Below, piece by piece: positions 63,001 to 64,000 of a stretch of 64,000 bases of DNA. Below the pieces are notes generated by a model. The model had not been told where the DNA came from. It saw only the letters and a program-made list of their open reading frames with translations, and searched no databases. Numbering within the stretch: the stretch's first letter is position 1; every line of letters begins with the position of its first letter. The translations under genes and the position numbers were made by a program. The stretch is from Phoronis australis. Lineage: Eukaryota > Animalia > Phoronida. The stretch covers positions 16,835 to 80,834 of the forward strand of contig NMRA01000979.1 of assembly GCA_002633005.1 (NCBI GenBank), written 5' to 3'.

Positions 63001-63598
63001 ATACTCTATGATACGCAATTGCAGTAAACACTCTACTCACCTTGCGGCTTTCCACAGGGTTAGTCAATATAACAATCCTATTTACGTTTTCTTGCCAAAC
63101 CATCCTCCAAAAGTCCTTCACAGTGTGGCGATTCGGGCCTAGAAAAACACAAATGTGGTAAGGATAGCAAGTACATTTTTTCTAATCTTTTGGTCAATAT
63201 GCACCAGTGGTTATATGTGCATGCTCTTTTAAAGGGAGCTTACCCATGGCAGCAATGAAGGCCCGAGGTTTCTTGTAACCGTCTATGTAGCTAGCGTTGA
63301 TATAGTCTGAATTTGTTTCGGACGGTATCTTTTCAAGAATCACACGGTTTTTGTTATCTGTAAATGTTAAGGAGAAAATAAATATATCGAGTTTATGTCT
63401 GTGTGAGATGTGGAAACACACATATACTTATCTAAGAAAAATGTCCAACTTTTTAAAATTTGAGATGATTTGAAGTTACTTCGATTAGAGTTAAGTTAGT
63501 ATATACGTACACGGCAAAATATTGGTAAAACGATTTTTCTTTTTGTTGTCATCTTTCAAGGCAACACTTCTGGGAAAAATAAGGCCACTTGGCAAACT
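53987..63598 (-). CDS. Gene B (spliced, last 14 exons; 5' part beyond window end): paralogous RPTP with tandem D1+D2 domains
   Basis: 14 exons chain in phase to 1686 nt ending in TAA; [10 protein letters not shown] present in D1; the four D1 exons shared with gene A have identical sizes (88/114/98/123 nt). Confidence 0.93.
54696..54831 (-). CDS. Gene B D2 exon ([10 protein letters not shown]...[11 protein letters not shown]...PEFV)
   Basis: D2 P-loop and VDVFQTVK motif. Confidence 0.92.
54927..56070 (+). mobile_element. THAP-domain transposon fragment, copy 2 (contains gap; right boundary approximate)
   Basis: YTCVPGCF before the gap and HRVCSEHF...IPTEFP after it (THAP C2CH and AVPTIF box). 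Confidence 0.75.
56222..56385 (-). CDS. Gene B D2 exon ([10 protein letters not shown]...KPVTVHC)
   Basis: Degenerate WPD loop, start of P-loop; phase 0->2. Confidence 0.9.
57193..57324 (-). CDS. Gene B D2 exon ([10 protein letters not shown]...)
   Basis: CxxYW motif; ttgtag/GTATGG; phase 0-0. Confidence 0.88.
57533..58177 (+). mobile_element. Solo LTR (645 bp)
   Basis: TGTAAC...GTTACA termini, perfect CAGACA duplication on both flanks, internal TATAAA (~57987) and AATAAA (~58070). Confidence 0.85.
58318..58452 (-). CDS. Gene B D2 exon ([21 protein letters not shown]...IVMLN)
   Basis: D2-type motifs 4-6. Confidence 0.93.
58784..58860 (-). CDS. Gene B D2 exon (RPYL...[10 protein letters not shown])
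   Basis: DYINA motif. Confidence 0.92.
59055..59154 (-). CDS. Gene B D2 exon ([12 protein letters not shown])
   Basis: tttcag/GTAAGG; KNR motif. Confidence 0.9.
59891..60040 (-). CDS. Gene B end of D1 and linker (SQYEFIH...LQEEFQ)
   Basis: QYxFI motif; phase 0-0. Confidence 0.92.
61027..61612. repeat. Diverged ~125-bp intronic direct repeat (61027-61151 and 61489-61612)
   Basis: GTAACACT..CCAAG.AACTTTCAATTAAA.TCGC...ATGCAGT...TAAGGGA...ATATAGTCA..TATCAA.CCA occurs twice. Confidence 0.75.
61714..61849 (-). CDS. Gene B D1 exon ([10 protein letters not shown]...[11 protein letters not shown])
   Basis: P-loop and Q-loop. Confidence 0.94.
62068..62097. repeat. Poly-A tract
   Basis: About 30 consecutive A. 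Confidence 0.9.
62302..62459 (-). CDS. Gene B D1 exon ([11 protein letters not shown]...PTVVHC)
   Basis: WPD-loop equivalent and start of P-loop. Confidence 0.93.
62739..62861 (-). CDS. Gene B D1 exon (KCEVYWP); alternative donor would extend it to 62730
   Basis: PTP motif 7. Confidence 0.92.
63041..63138 (-). CDS. Gene B D1 exon ([18 protein letters not shown])
   Basis: PTP motifs 5-6. Confidence 0.93.
63244..63357 (-). CDS. Gene B D1 exon ([22 protein letters not shown])
   Basis: PTP motifs 2-4. Confidence 0.93.
63511..63598 (-). CDS. Gene B D1 exon ([12 protein letters not shown])
   Basis: 88 nt, homologous to 2548-2635. Confidence 0.92.
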
Positions 63599-64000
63599 CT
63601 AAAACGATAAAAATGTCGTATTAGAATAGACGGATATAAGGGATATTCCTGAAAAGTTCTGGTAAGTGTAAAACCCCCAAAACAAGGGGGTTAAAATGTG
63701 CCTAAAAGTTAGATTTGTATAATTGATAGAAAAAGTATCCTGTTGTGCTAAGAAACAAAGATTTCAACCTGCAAATGTCTGCAGGTGTCTAAGCGACCAG
63801 CATTGCTGAACGAGCCCAGGATTTCAGAGTAGAACAATGTTACGATGTTCTGTTTTTCTCACAAATTGTACTGACTCGTCAGTTTCATTGACCTAATCAT
63901 GCCATTGATATCATAAGGCAGTATTTCAACTATGCTCCATAAATGAATAGCAAATAGTGATTATCTTGGGTTTCATATTTTCATTTCACTTGCGTTGTAA

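Overview
Animal (invertebrate-type, AT-rich, intron-rich) genomic DNA with three N-gaps. It holds two head-to-tail receptor protein tyrosine phosphatase (RPTP) paralogs on the minus strand. Gene A was reconstructed by hand as 36 GT-AG, phase-compatible exons (ATG at 48351, 7458 nt = 2486 codons in the window; it runs off the left edge inside PTP domain D1). Its mosaic ectodomain reads: signal peptide - LCCL - Cys-free Ig-like module - F-type lectin (FTP) domain split by an inserted kringle exon - Tie-receptor-like Ig2 plus 3 EGF - about 14 FN3 (8 from four tandem 603-nt exons) - membrane-proximal domain - TM - PTP D1. Gene B contributes only its 3' end (14 exons, D1+D2, stop at 53987, C-terminus YANFQ). 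Introns carry a decayed hAT element and a MITE with 5-bp TSDs, a P-like element, two THAP-encoding fragments, a solo LTR, a repeat array rich in CTCF-like motifs and several MITEs. No rRNA, bona fide tRNA or CRISPR was found. All domain calls come from motif recognition by eye; no database searches were run.
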